DNA of 64,000 bases, taken from NCBI GenBank assembly GCA_963776345.1, contig CAVZMH010000009.1:8979-72978 (forward strand), read 5' to 3'. The notes below the pieces were generated by a model, which was not told the origin of the DNA, ran no database searches, and saw nothing but the letters and a program-made list of their open reading frames with translations. The stretch is from an uncultured delta proteobacterium (lineage in GTDB: Bacteria > Myxococcota > Myxococcia > Myxococcales > Myxococcaceae). Position numbers and translations under genes: made by a program. Positions 8,807 through 18,477 of the stretch are shown piece after piece. The stretch's first letter is position 1; the number at the start of each line of letters is the position of its first letter.

Positions 8807-11470
8807 GTGGTGGACGAGCAGGCGGCCGACGCGCCGGTCACGCCCATGATCCGCCAGTACCTGGACGCGAAGGCCCGCGCCGGGGACGCGTTCCTCTTCT
8901 TCCGGCTGGGTGACTTCTACGAGCTGTTCTTCGAGGACGCGGTCCGGGCCTCGGAGGTGCTCGGCATCACCCTGACCGCAAGGAGCAAGGGCCCGGAGCG
9001 GGTGCCGATGTGCGGCGTGCCGTTCCACGCGGCGCGCCGATATCTGGCAAAGCTGCTCGAGGCCGGACACAAGGTCGCCATCTGCGAGCAGCTGGAGGCA
9101 CCCGGCCCGGGGCCGGGCATCGTCCGGCGGGAGATCGTCCGCATCGTCACCCCGGGCACCGTCCTGGACGAGGACGTGCTCGACGCCTCCCGGGCGGCGT
9201 GGCTGGTGGCCATCAGCGGCGGGGAGGGGGCCCACGGGGCGGCGCTCCTGGACGTGTCCACCGGGGACTTCCGGGCGCTGCAGGGCCCCTCGCTGCAGGC
9301 CGTGCTGGAGGCGGTCGCCGCGCACGAGCCGCGCGAGGTGCTGATCCCGGCGGATGCTCCGGCGGCCCTCCGCACGGCGCTGCGCGAGACCCTCGGCGGG
9401 CTGCCGGTCACCGAGCGCGAGGCCGCCCACTTCGACGCCAACCGGGCGGGGGCCTTCCTCCGCAGCCACTTCGGGGTGGCCACGCTGGAGGGCTTCGGGG
9501 TGGAGGGCGCGCCCCGGGCCGTGGCCGCGGCCGGCGCCGCGCTCCGCTACCTGAAGGACACTCAGCGCACCGAGGCCCGTCACGTCCACGCGCTCCGTCG
9601 GGTCCCGCTCGATTCCACCCTGGTGCTGGACGAGACCACCCGGGTCAACCTCGAGGTCCTCCGGACGATCCGGGACGGCACGCGCGCCGGGTCGCTGCTC
9701 GGGGTCGTGGATCGGACGGTCACCGCGCTCGGCGCGCGCCGTCTCGTCGAGTGGCTGCTCGCGCCGCTCCTGGACCTGGACGCCATCCGCGCCCGCCAGG
9801 ACGCGGTGGAGGAGCTGTCGACCAAGGCCGTCTGGCGCGAGGCCTGGGCGGGGCTCCTCCGGCAGGTCTCCGACGTGGAGCGCATCCTCGGCCGGCTCGC
9901 CACCGACCTCGGGACGCCGCGGGACCTCGCCGGTCTCGGCCGGAGCCTGGCGGTGCTCCCGGACCTGGCGGCGGCGCTCGAGGGTTGCCGCGCCGAGCTC
10001 TGGCGGAGGCTGGCCGCGCCGCTCCGTGGCTTCGAGCCGCTGGCGGCGGAGCTGCAGCGCGCCCTGGTGGACACGCCGCCGGCGGACCTGGACGAGGGCG
10101 GCTTCATCCGGCCGGGCTACTCGGACGAGCTGGACGCGCTGGTCGCCCTGGCCACCGACGGCCGGAGCACGCTGGTGGAGCTCGAGCGGCGGGAGCGGGC
10201 GCGCACCGGCATCCAGAGCCTCAAGGTCCGCTACACCCGGGTGTTCGGCTACTTCTTCGAGGTCACCCGGGCCAACCTGCACCTCGTCCCGGACGGCTGG
10301 GAGCGGCGGCAGACGATGGTCGGCGCCGAGCGGTTCGTCACCCCGGAGCTGAAGGCCTTCGAGGCCCAGGTGCTCGGTGCGGACGAGAAGCGGATCGGCC
10401 TCGAGCGGGCGCTCTTCGACGGGCTCCGCGACCAGGTCCTGGCCCGGGCCGGGGCGCTCCGGGCCGCGGCGGACGCGCTGGCCTCCGCCGACGCGCTCGC
10501 CGCGCTCTCGCGGGTGGCGGCCGAGAATGGCTACTGCCGCCCGGTGGTGGACGACTCGGACGTGCTGGAGCTCGAGCGGTCCCGGCACCCGGTCGTCGAG
10601 CGGCGCGTCTCGGCCGAGCCCTTCGTCCCCAACGACCTCGTCCTGGACCGGACGCGCTCTCAGCTGGTCGTGCTCACCGGGCCGAACATGGCGGGGAAGA
10701 GCACCTTGCTCCGGCAGGTGGCGCTCACCGTGCTCCTGGCCCAGGCGGGCAGCTTCGTGCCGGCGGCCCGGGCGCGCATCGGCCGGGTGGATCGCATCTT
10801 CACCCGGGTGGGCGCCTCGGACGATCTCGCCCGTGGCCAGTCCACCTTCATGGTCGAGATGGCGGAGACCGCGGCCATCCTCCACCACGCCACCGAGCGG
10901 AGCCTGGTGGTGCTGGACGAGATCGGCCGGGGAACGTCCACCTTCGACGGCCTGTCCATCGCCTGGGCGGTGGCCGAGCACCTCCACGACGCCATCGGCG
11001 CCCGGACGCTCTTCGCCACGCACTACCACGAGCTGGTGGAGCTGGCCCGGACGCACCCCCGCGTCCGGAACCTCTCGATGGGCGTCCGCGAATCCGGCGG
11101 GAAGGTGGTCTTCCTCCGGACGGTGGTCGAGGGCGGGGCGAGCAAGAGCTACGGCATCGAGGTCGCCCGGCTCGCGGGCCTGCCCGGGAGCGTGCTGCGC
11201 CGGGCGCGCGAGGTGCTCCGTCGGCTGGAGACCGAGGGCGCGCCGCGGCCAGGGGTGGTGCGGGTGGACGAGGCCCAGCTGCCGCTCCGGCTCGAGGACG
11301 GCGGGGCCCCCGCGCTGCTCCCGGACGACGTCACCCCGGACGGACCATCGGTCGAGAGCCAGGTCCTCGCCGCGCTGCGCGACGCCTCGCTGGACGAGAC
11401 GACGCCGCTCCAGGCGCTGCAGCTCCTGGCGCGGCTCCAGAAGGACCTGGCCGGCGAAGTCGAGCGCTGA
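8807..11470 (+). CDS. mutS: DNA mismatch repair protein MutS
   Basis: TPMIRQY, GDFYELF, TGPNMAGKST, QSTFMVEM, LDEIGRGTST, SYGIEVA; start approximate. Confidence 0.97.
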   Translation: MVDEQAADAPVTPMIRQYLDAKARAGDAFLFFRLGDFYELFFEDAVRASEVLGITLTARSKGPERVPMCGVPFHAARRYLAKLLEAGHKVAICEQLEAPGPGPGIVRREIVRIVTPGTVLDEDVLDASRAAWLVAISGGEGAHGAALLDVSTGDFRALQGPSLQAVLEAVAAHEPREVLIPADAPAALRTALRETLGGLPVTEREAAHFDANRAGAFLRSHFGVATLEGFGVEGAPRAVAAAGAALRYLKDTQRTEARHVHALRRVPLDSTLVLDETTRVNLEVLRTIRDGTRAGSLLGVVDRTVTALGARRLVEWLLAPLLDLDAIRARQDAVEELSTKAVWREAWAGLLRQVSDVERILGRLATDLGTPRDLAGLGRSLAVLPDLAAALEGCRAELWRRLAAPLRGFEPLAAELQRALVDTPPADLDEGGFIRPGYSDELDALVALATDGRSTLVELERRERARTGIQSLKVRYTRVFGYFFEVTRANLHLVPDGWERRQTMVGAERFVTPELKAFEAQVLGADEKRIGLERALFDGLRDQVLARAGALRAAADALASADALAALSRVAAENGYCRPVVDDSDVLELERSRHPVVERRVSAEPFVPNDLVLDRTRSQLVVLTGPNMAGKSTLLRQVALTVLLAQAGSFVPAARARIGRVDRIFTRVGASDDLARGQSTFMVEMAETAAILHHATERSLVVLDEIGRGTSTFDGLSIAWAVAEHLHDAIGARTLFATHYHELVELARTHPRVRNLSMGVRESGGKVVFLRTVVEGGASKSYGIEVARLAGLPGSVLRRAREVLRRLETEGAPRPGVVRVDEAQLPLRLEDGGAPALLPDDVTPDGPSVESQVLAALRDASLDETTPLQALQLLARLQKDLAGEVER

Positions 11471-11486
11471 CGCCTCAGACCTGGAG

Positions 11487-11520
11487 CGGGCGGGACTTCG
11501 GTCGACCGAAAATTTGCCCG
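11487..11520. promoter_or_regulatory. Hairpin centred on a perfect 14-bp palindrome TTCGGTCGACCGAA between mutS and the amidase gene
   Basis: Palindrome at 11497-11510; flanking CGGGCGGG/TTTGCCCG can also pair with G-U. Confidence 0.35.
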
Positions 11521-11540
11521 AGCGATCGGCCCGGGTTCAC

Positions 11541-13240
11541 ATGGCTGTAGTCGTGAATCCTACCTGCCTGACCCTGGCCCTCTGTCTGTGCACGCTGCCG
11601 GCGCTCGCCGCGCCCGAGCCGGCGGAGCAGGCGTACCAGGCCGCACGGAAGGGCTACTACGCGCTCAAGGGCGACGCGAAGCGCCGGAAGTTCCGCGACA
11701 GCTGGCTCACCGTCGCCCACCGCTTCGAGGGCGTGGCGAGGAAGTACCCAAAGAGCCCCCGGGCCCCGGACTCGCTCTTCACCGCGGCCCAGCTCCTGTC
11801 CGACCTGAGCCGGATCAGCCTCCTCGCCGAGGACACGAGCGCCTCGATGGAGGACTACCGGACGCTGCTCGAGGGGTACCCGCGGAGCACGCTCGCCGAC
11901 GATGCGGCGCTGGCGCTCGCCCGGGCGCACCTGGACCGCGAGCAGCCCGAGGCCGCACGCAAGGTGCTCCAGCGCGCCGCGCAGCTCCCGAAGGGGGACC
12001 AGACTGCGCGGCTGCGGGCCCTGGTGGCATCCCTCCCGCCCGAGCCGAAGGACGCCGGCCGGAAGGCCGGGAAGGGCGAGTCCGTCGCCCGGCGCGACAT
12101 CGGGACCGCCGAGCCGCGCCCGGCCCCGGCGAGCCACGGCACCCCGGACGCTCGCGCCTCTCCGGTCCTGAGCGTCCGTCAGGCGCCGGGACACACCGTC
12201 GAGACGCCCGAGTGGCTGAAGCAGGTCACGGCCCAGAAGCCGCCGGCTCCGGCGGGGGAGGAGACCGCCCCGAGCGACGGGCAGCCGGGTGAGGACGACA
12301 GGACGCGTCCGAGCCGGTCGCCCAGGTCGAGCGTGTGCCGGACGCTCCGCGTCAGGCTCCCGCGCCGGACCCGGTGCGGAGGTCTCCGGTCGCGGGCACG
12401 CCGCCCGGTGCCGCCGAGACGACGCGCGCCTCGGGCCCGGCCGACGCCGGGGCCCTCCTCGCCCTCGCCCCTCCCACCCAGGTCCGCGAGCGGCTCCGGG
12501 CCATCCGCAAGCGGGCTCCGGGCGACGTCACGCTCGCCGAGCAGCTCGGCCTCAAGGTGCGCCGGGTGGTCATCGATCCCGGCCATGGCGGCCACGACAC
12601 CGGCACCGTCGGCGCCGACGGCACCCAGGAGAAGGACGTCGCCCTCGCCATCGCCAGGAAGCTCCGCACGGTGCTCACCGAGCAGGGCCTCGAGGTCGTC
12701 CTCACCCGCGAGAGCGACAAGTTCGTCCGCCTCGAGGAGCGCGCCCGGCTGGCCAACGTCGCCCGCGGCGACCTGTTCATCTCGGTGCACTGCAACTCGC
12801 TACCGCAGCGACACATCCGCGGCATCGAGACCTACACCCTGAACCTCGCCTCGGACCGCTACGCCATCCGGCTCGCGGCGCGGGAGAACGCCACCTCCGA
12901 GAAGGGGATGTCGGACCTCCGGTTCCTGCTCGCCGACCTGGCCACCCGGGCCAACACCGAGGAGTCGGTCCGGCTCGCCACCCAGGTCCAGTCCGGCCTG
13001 GTCTCGAAGCTGACGGCGAGGGACCGGAAGATCCGCGACCTGGGGACCAAGGAGGCGCTCTTCTACGTGCTCCTGGGAACGAAGATGCCGGCGATCCTGG
13101 TCGAGACCGGCTTCCTCTCCAACGGCGAGGAGGAGAAGCGGCTGGCCTCGTCCGGCTACCAGGACGAGGTCGCCCGGGCCATCGCCGCCGGCGTCGAGGA
13201 GTTCCTCGGCAACCGGGACCGGCTGGCCAAGGCGAACTAG
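11541..13240 (+). CDS. N-acetylmuramoyl-L-alanine amidase (Amidase_3) with N-terminal TPR domain; frameshift near 12300
   Basis: Signal peptide and TPR region in one frame; IDPGHGGHD, EKD, FISVHCN, ILVETGF in the 12335-13240 frame; adding one base near 12300 gives continuous EDDEDASEPVAQVERVPD. Confidence 0.88.
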
Positions 13241-13278
13241 CGGCCGAGTGGCGTTATCTTCGGTCCCGGGTTCTCCCG

Positions 13279-15933
13279 GTGTCCGTCGATCCCCACGCGC
13301 TTCCCCCCACGCCCGACCGCGTCTGCTCCCGCGAGCTCGCCGCGTCGCTGCCGCCGTTTCCCGCGGCCGGGAGCCTCGGGGAGCGGCTGCGCGAGCACCG
13401 GACCGGGTCGCTGGCCCGCATCCGCGCCTTCCACGCAGCGGGCGGCGCGGGCCTCTCCACCGCCCGGCTGGTGACCGCCGCGGCCGACGCCGCCCTCGAG
13501 GCGCTCTGGGAGGAGCTGGCGCCGGCGCACAAGCTCGAGGGCGCGGTGCTGGTCGGGGTCGGCGGGACCGGACGGCGGGAGATGAGCCCCGGGTCGGACT
13601 GGGACCTGATGCTCCTGCACACGGGACGGGGTGGGGTGGCGAGCTTCGCCCGCGCGTTCTCCACGGCGCTGTGGGACGCCCGGGTCCACGTCGGGTGGAG
13701 CGTGCGCACCCTGGCGGAGGCGAACGGCGCGGCGCGCGAGGACGCGGAGGTCCGCACCGCGCTGCTCGATGCCCGCCGCATCGCCGGCGACCCCCGGCTG
13801 TGGGCGCGCGCCGAGCGCTCCGTCCTGGCGGACCAGCGGACGCGCGACGCGGACGCCTACGTCCGGGCCAAGATGGACGAGCTGCGCGCCCGGCGGGAGA
13901 AGTTCGGGGACACCGTCTTCCTGCTCGAGCCCAACGTGAAGCAAGGGCAGGGAGGGCTCCGCGATCTCGAGGCGGCGCTCTGGGTGGCGCAGGTGCGCTT
14001 CCGCGTGCGGACGCTGGGCCAGCTGCTCGAGCGCGCGGTGCTCCCCGGCCACGACGTCGCCGAGGCCCGCGCCGCCCGCGACTTCCTGATGCGGGTCCGC
14101 CACGCCGCCCACCTCGCCACCGGCCGCAAGGAGGACCGGCTCACCTTCGAGCTGCAGGCGAGCCTCTCGCAGGAGCTGGGCTACCGCACCGGCCCCGAGG
14201 GCGCCGCGGTGGAGCGCTTCATGCGGCACGTCTATCTGGCCGCCGGGACACTTCGGCGGGTGAGCGACGGGCTCCTCGCCCGAGCCGAGGAGGAGCGGGC
14301 GCCCCGGCGGATCTTCCGGACCGAGCGGAGGGTGGGACACTTCAAGGTCTTCCGCGGCCGGCTCACCGTGGACGACGGGACACTGTTCCAGCGGGCGCCC
14401 GCGGAGGTGGTGCGGATGTTCCAGCACGCTGGCGAGCTGGGCGTCCCCCTCTACAGCTGGGCGCGCGAGCGCATCGCCGAGGCGCTGCCGGCCCTGGAGG
14501 CTGCCCGGGGCGAGCAGGAGGTGGTCGAGGCGCTCAAGGCGCTGTTCCTCTCCCCGGCAGGGCGGGGCGCGGTGCTGGACGAGATGCACGCGCTCGGCGT
14601 GCTCGGCGCGCTGGTGCCCGAGTTCGGGCGCATCACCGCGCACCACCAGAACGACCTGTACCACGTGTACACGGTGGACGTGCACACGCTGCGGGCGCTG
14701 CGGCGGCTGTACGCGCTGCGCGCCGGCGATCTGGTCGACGTCGAGCCGGAGCTGGGCCGCATGCTCACCGAGCTCGAGGATCCACTTCCGCTCTACCTCG
14801 GGATGCTGCTGCATGACGCGGGGAAGGGCCTCGGCGGCGACCACTCGGTGCGCGGCCGCGAGCTGATGGCGACCCTGGGCGCGCGGCTCGGGCTCACCCC
14901 GCGGCAGCGCGAGGTGGCCGAGTTCCTCGTCCTCCACCACCTGACGATGAGCCAGACCGCGCAGCGGCGGGACCTGTCCGACCCCGAGCTCATCCGCTGG
15001 TTCGCCGAGCTGTGCGGGGACGTGGAGAAGCTCACCGCCCTGTACCTCCTCACCTGGGCGGACATGTGCTCGGTCGCCCCGGGGGTATGGAACGCATGGC
15101 GCGCCGGGCTGGTCCACGAGCTGTTCCGCAAGGCGCACGCGGTGCTGTCGGGCAAGGAGGGGACCGAACGGGCCGCGCGTGAGGCATTCGCGGAGGCGTG
15201 GACGCGTCGACTCGGAGCAGAGGAGACCTCCCGGCTGCTCGCCTCCCTCCCGGACCGCTACTTCGACGCCACGCCGCCGGACGACGCGCTCCGCCACGCG
15301 GTGCTCCTCCGCCGCGCGCGGCGCTTCCCCATCGCGGCGGTGCTCCGGCGCACGCTCGAGGGCCACGCGGAGGTGCACGTGGCCGCGCCCGACGCGCCGG
15401 GCCTCCTGGCCACCTGGAGCGGGGTGCTGGCCGCGCACGGGCTGGACATCCTCTCGGCGCGCATCGCCTCCACGGCGGACGGCTACGCCCTCGACGTGTT
15501 CGAGGTGCGCGGCCGGGCAGGGCGGCCCGTGGAGCGCACGCGCTGGCGCCGGGCACGGGCAGATCTCGTGGCCGCGGCGCGGGGGAGGCTCGAGGTCCCG
15601 GCGCTCCTGGCCCGGCGGCGGGGTGGCGGGAAGCTCCACCGAGCGCTGCCTCCGGTCGCCACCCGGGTGAGCGTGGACAACCGCGCCTCTCAGCGCTTCA
15701 CCGTCGTCGACGTGCGCGGCGAGGACCGGCTCGGGCTGCTCCATGACCTGGCCGCGGCGCTGGCGGGCGCGCGGCTGGAGATCGCCGTCGCCAAGGTCGC
15801 CACCGAGGCCAACCGGGCCATCGACTCGTTCTACGTGACCCGTGGGGGCCAGAAACTCACCGACCCGGCCGAGGTCGACGCCGTGCGCGCCCAGCTCGCG
15901 GCCGCGGTGCCCGCGCCGGCCCTCGAAGGGTAA
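13279..15933 (+). CDS. glnD: [Protein-PII] uridylyltransferase / uridylyl-removing enzyme
   Basis: GGTGRREMSPGSDWDL nucleotidyltransferase motif, LEPNVKQGQGGLRD, YHVYTVDVH, LLHDAGKG, two C-terminal ACT domains. Confidence 0.95.
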   Translation: MSVDPHALPPTPDRVCSRELAASLPPFPAAGSLGERLREHRTGSLARIRAFHAAGGAGLSTARLVTAAADAALEALWEELAPAHKLEGAVLVGVGGTGRREMSPGSDWDLMLLHTGRGGVASFARAFSTALWDARVHVGWSVRTLAEANGAAREDAEVRTALLDARRIAGDPRLWARAERSVLADQRTRDADAYVRAKMDELRARREKFGDTVFLLEPNVKQGQGGLRDLEAALWVAQVRFRVRTLGQLLERAVLPGHDVAEARAARDFLMRVRHAAHLATGRKEDRLTFELQASLSQELGYRTGPEGAAVERFMRHVYLAAGTLRRVSDGLLARAEEERAPRRIFRTERRVGHFKVFRGRLTVDDGTLFQRAPAEVVRMFQHAGELGVPLYSWARERIAEALPALEAARGEQEVVEALKALFLSPAGRGAVLDEMHALGVLGALVPEFGRITAHHQNDLYHVYTVDVHTLRALRRLYALRAGDLVDVEPELGRMLTELEDPLPLYLGMLLHDAGKGLGGDHSVRGRELMATLGARLGLTPRQREVAEFLVLHHLTMSQTAQRRDLSDPELIRWFAELCGDVEKLTALYLLTWADMCSVAPGVWNAWRAGLVHELFRKAHAVLSGKEGTERAAREAFAEAWTRRLGAEETSRLLASLPDRYFDATPPDDALRHAVLLRRARRFPIAAVLRRTLEGHAEVHVAAPDAPGLLATWSGVLAAHGLDILSARIASTADGYALDVFEVRGRAGRPVERTRWRRARADLVAAARGRLEVPALLARRRGGGKLHRALPPVATRVSVDNRASQRFTVVDVRGEDRLGLLHDLAAALAGARLEIAVAKVATEANRAIDSFYVTRGGQKLTDPAEVDAVRAQLAAAVPAPALEG

Positions 15934-16071
15934 CCAGGCGACCGAGCCCCCGGGTGACCGCCTTGGCTCGGCCAGGCGGTCCCCCCCGATGGAATGAATC
16001 CGACGGGCAGCGGGTTGCCCCCACGACAGGCCAGGAGCCTCGAACCCGGACCAGCGCGCCGCGCAAGTCTT

Positions 16072-16090
16072 TGAAAGTCTTGTACTTTCA
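16072..16090. promoter_or_regulatory. Candidate operator TGAAAGT-N5-ACTTTCA upstream of the KGG stress gene
   Basis: Perfect 7-bp inverted repeat in an AT-rich patch of a 309-bp intergenic region. Confidence 0.45.
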
Positions 16091-16242
16091 CTGGTGCTGG
16101 CCCCGGGAAAGCTCAATCGTCCCGGTCGGATGCCGGGTTGTGCATGGGATTTGCTTGCGTTTCCCGTGCGCTGTCGCACCTTGGCTTCTAAGGAGCGGAG
16201 CGAGGGCTGGTGGGCGTGGCCGCGAAGGGAGACACGAAGACC

Positions 16243-16647
16243 ATGACGGACAAGGACAACAAGGGAAGCATGACGGTGGCGGAGGCCGGCCGGAAGGGCG
16301 GCGAGACCGTCCGGAACGAGCGCGGCCGTGAGTTCTACGAGACCATCGGCCGCAAGGGCGGGGCGACGGTGAAGGCCGAGCGTGGACGGGCCTTCTACGA
16401 GGAGATCGGCCGCAAGGGCGGGGAGACGGTCAAGGCCGAGCGCGGCGCCAAGTTCTACGAGGAGATCGGCAAGAAGGGCGGCGACCGGGTGAAGGCGACC
16501 CGCGGCGCCAGCTTCTACGAGGAGATCGGCCGCAAGGGCGGACAGAAGGTCAAGAAGCTGATCGAAGAGGGAAAGCGCGCCGCGCGCGAAGCGGCCGCGG
16601 CGGCTGCAGCGGCCGGTGGCCCGGCCCCCGAGCCCTCCAAGAGTTGA
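16243..16647 (+). CDS. KGG-repeat general stress protein (GsiB/YciG-like)
   Basis: MTVAEAGRKGG followed by repeated FYEEIGRKGG units. Confidence 0.9.
   Translation: MTDKDNKGSMTVAEAGRKGGETVRNERGREFYETIGRKGGATVKAERGRAFYEEIGRKGGETVKAERGAKFYEEIGKKGGDRVKATRGASFYEEIGRKGGQKVKKLIEEGKRAAREAAAAAAAAGGPAPEPSKS
16288..16550 (+). repeat. 60-bp (20-aa) coding tandem repeat, about 4.5 copies
   Basis: TTCTACGAG..ATCGGC..AAGGGCG recurs with an exact 60-nt period. Confidence 0.9.
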
Positions 16648-16687
16648 CCTCCCGCGCGGGTCCCGGCAACGCTCGCCGACCGACCCG

Positions 16688-17338
16688 ATGATCGCGCCCC
16701 TCGTCCCGGTTGACGGGCAGCACCCGCAGCCGAGGACGGTGGGGCGCGCCGTGCAGGCGCTCGAGGACGGCCAGCTCCTCGGCTACCCGAGCGACCTGAC
16801 GTATGCCCTCGGCTGCGACGCGCACCAGCGCCGCGCCGTGGAGCGACTGGCCCAGCTGAAGCATCGCGACCCGAAGAAACCGTTCGCGCTGCTGGTGGCG
16901 GACCTCGCGGACCTGAGCCGCTATGCCCAGGTGAGCAACTTCGCCTACCGGGTGCTCCGGCAGCTGGCACCGGGGCCGTTCACCTTCGTGCTCCCGGCGA
17001 CGCGGCTGGTCCCCGAGCTGCTGCTGCACCGCAAGCGCGAGGTGGGCCTCCGCATCCCGGACGCCCCCGTGGCCCGGGCGCTGGTGATCGGCCTCGGCCG
17101 GCCGCTGGTCACCACCACCGCCACCGCGCTGGACGAGGGTCTGGATGGGGGGCGGGCGGCGCGCGTGGAGGGGGAGCCCCTCGCCGACGCCACCGCGGTG
17201 CGTGACGTCTACGGGCACGCGCTGGCCCAGGTGCTCGATGCGGGGCCGCTGCCGGGCGAGAGCAGCACCGTCCTCTCGCTCATGGGCGACAGCATCGACG
17301 TGCTCCGCCAGGGCGCGGGGGTCGTCCCCGGGCTGTAG
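16688..17338 (+). CDS. Sua5/YrdC/YciO-family threonylcarbamoyl-AMP synthase-like protein
   Basis: YPSDLTYALGC, KPFALL, PGPFTFVL, VGLRIPD, VLRQGAG. Confidence 0.9.
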   Translation: MIAPLVPVDGQHPQPRTVGRAVQALEDGQLLGYPSDLTYALGCDAHQRRAVERLAQLKHRDPKKPFALLVADLADLSRYAQVSNFAYRVLRQLAPGPFTFVLPATRLVPELLLHRKREVGLRIPDAPVARALVIGLGRPLVTTTATALDEGLDGGRAARVEGEPLADATAVRDVYGHALAQVLDAGPLPGESSTVLSLMGDSIDVLRQGAGVVPGL

Positions 17339-17382
17339 AAAAATGTTCCCCGCTCCGGACGGGACTACCCTCTGGGGCGCCG

Positions 17383-18297
17383 ATGGCCGCGCCCCCGAGC
17401 CCGCTCGAGCCGTACCTCGACGCCTTCGTCGCCCACCTGCGAGCGGAGCGCGGGCTGTCCCCGAGGACCGTCGAGGCGTACGCCAGAGACATGGAGCGGT
17501 ACCTCGAGTGGCTGCGACCCACGGGCGTCCGCCGACCGGAGGCGATCGGGCAGGAGCACGTGCGAGGGCACCTGGTCGCGCTCGGCCGGCGGCTCTCGCC
17601 CCGGAGCCAGGCCCGGCACCTCGCGGCCATCCGGATGTTCCACCGGTTCCTGGTCGCCGAGCGGCACGCGACCGACGACCCCACCGAGCAGGTGGAGACG
17701 CCGCGCCAGTCACGCCGTCTGCCGATCTTCCTGACGCTGGACGAGGTGGAGGCGCTGCTCGAGGCGCCCACCGACCGGACGCCGGCGGGGCTGCGCGACC
17801 GCGCGATGCTCCACGTGCTCTACGCCACCGGCCTCCGGGTGAGCGAGCTGGTCGGGCTCTCGGTGAACTCCGTGCAGCTCGACGCCGGCTACCTCATCGC
17901 CCGGGGCAAGGGCGACAAGGAGCGACTGGTGCCGCTCGGGCGGCGGGCCATCGCCGAGGTCCGGGCCTGGCTCGGGCGGGGCCGGTCGGCGCTTCTTCGG
18001 GGGCGGACGTCCCGGGCGCTGTTCGTCGGGCCGCGGGGCAAGGCGCTCACCCGGCAGGGGGTGTGGAAGCTGCTCCGCCGCCACGGCCTCGCCGCCGGCA
18101 TCCGGAAGCCGCTCAGCCCGCACAAGCTCCGCCACTCCTTCGCCACCCATCTGGTGGAGCGCGGCGCGGACCTCCGGGTGGTGCAGGCCATGCTCGGCCA
18201 CGCCGACCTGGCCACCACGCAGATCTACACCCACGTGGACGGACGGAGGCTCCGGGCGGTCTACGACGCGGCCCACCCGCGCAGCCGGAGCGGTTAA
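17383..18297 (+). CDS. xerD: Tyrosine recombinase XerD
   Basis: ERGLSPRTVEAY, LYATGLRVSEL, GKGDKERLVP, SPHKLRHSFATH, LGHADLATTQIY. Confidence 0.93.
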   Translation: MAAPPSPLEPYLDAFVAHLRAERGLSPRTVEAYARDMERYLEWLRPTGVRRPEAIGQEHVRGHLVALGRRLSPRSQARHLAAIRMFHRFLVAERHATDDPTEQVETPRQSRRLPIFLTLDEVEALLEAPTDRTPAGLRDRAMLHVLYATGLRVSELVGLSVNSVQLDAGYLIARGKGDKERLVPLGRRAIAEVRAWLGRGRSALLRGRTSRALFVGPRGKALTRQGVWKLLRRHGLAAGIRKPLSPHKLRHSFATHLVERGADLRVVQAMLGHADLATTQIYTHVDGRRLRAVYDAAHPRSRSG

Positions 18298-18458
18298 CGC
18301 CGAGACCACTCGTATCCTCCGGAGGATCGCGTAGGGATCGCGGCCGAGGTCCAGGAGCGACGACCGAGCGTAGCCTTCGCTACGTGAGGGAGGAGCGACG
18401 CCGAGATCGGCCGCGAGGACAAGCGAGGAACGGAGCGATACGAGTGGTTTCGGCGTTA
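18295..18458. mobile_element. 164-bp MITE-like non-autonomous element with 22-bp terminal inverted repeats and TA ends
   Basis: TAACGCCGAGACCACTCGTATC (18295-18316) vs GATACGAGTGGTTTCGGCGTTA (18437-18458), 21/22 complementary; nested internal inverted repeats. Confidence 0.7.
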
Positions 18459-18477
18459 GAGTGCGCCGCTCCGCACC

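Noticed and set aside
16145..16160. Sigma-54 promoter for the KGG gene (TGGGATTTGCTTGC)
   Set aside because: GG-to-GC spacing is 9 nt or less, not 10.
16288..16550. 60-bp and 99-bp periodic repeats (also 22442-22735) as CRISPR or ncRNA arrays
   Set aside because: Unit lengths are multiples of three, lie in frame within proteins and have no unique spacers.
17383..18297. xerD as a prophage or island integrase
   Set aside because: Sequence and xerD-trpS-scpAB-rluB context fit the housekeeping recombinase; no att repeats or phage genes seen.
18298..18477. T-box or attenuator leader for trpS
   Set aside because: No T-box consensus (GGTGGNACCGCG), no Trp-codon leader peptide and no U-tract terminator; terminal inverted repeats with TA ends fit a MITE better.
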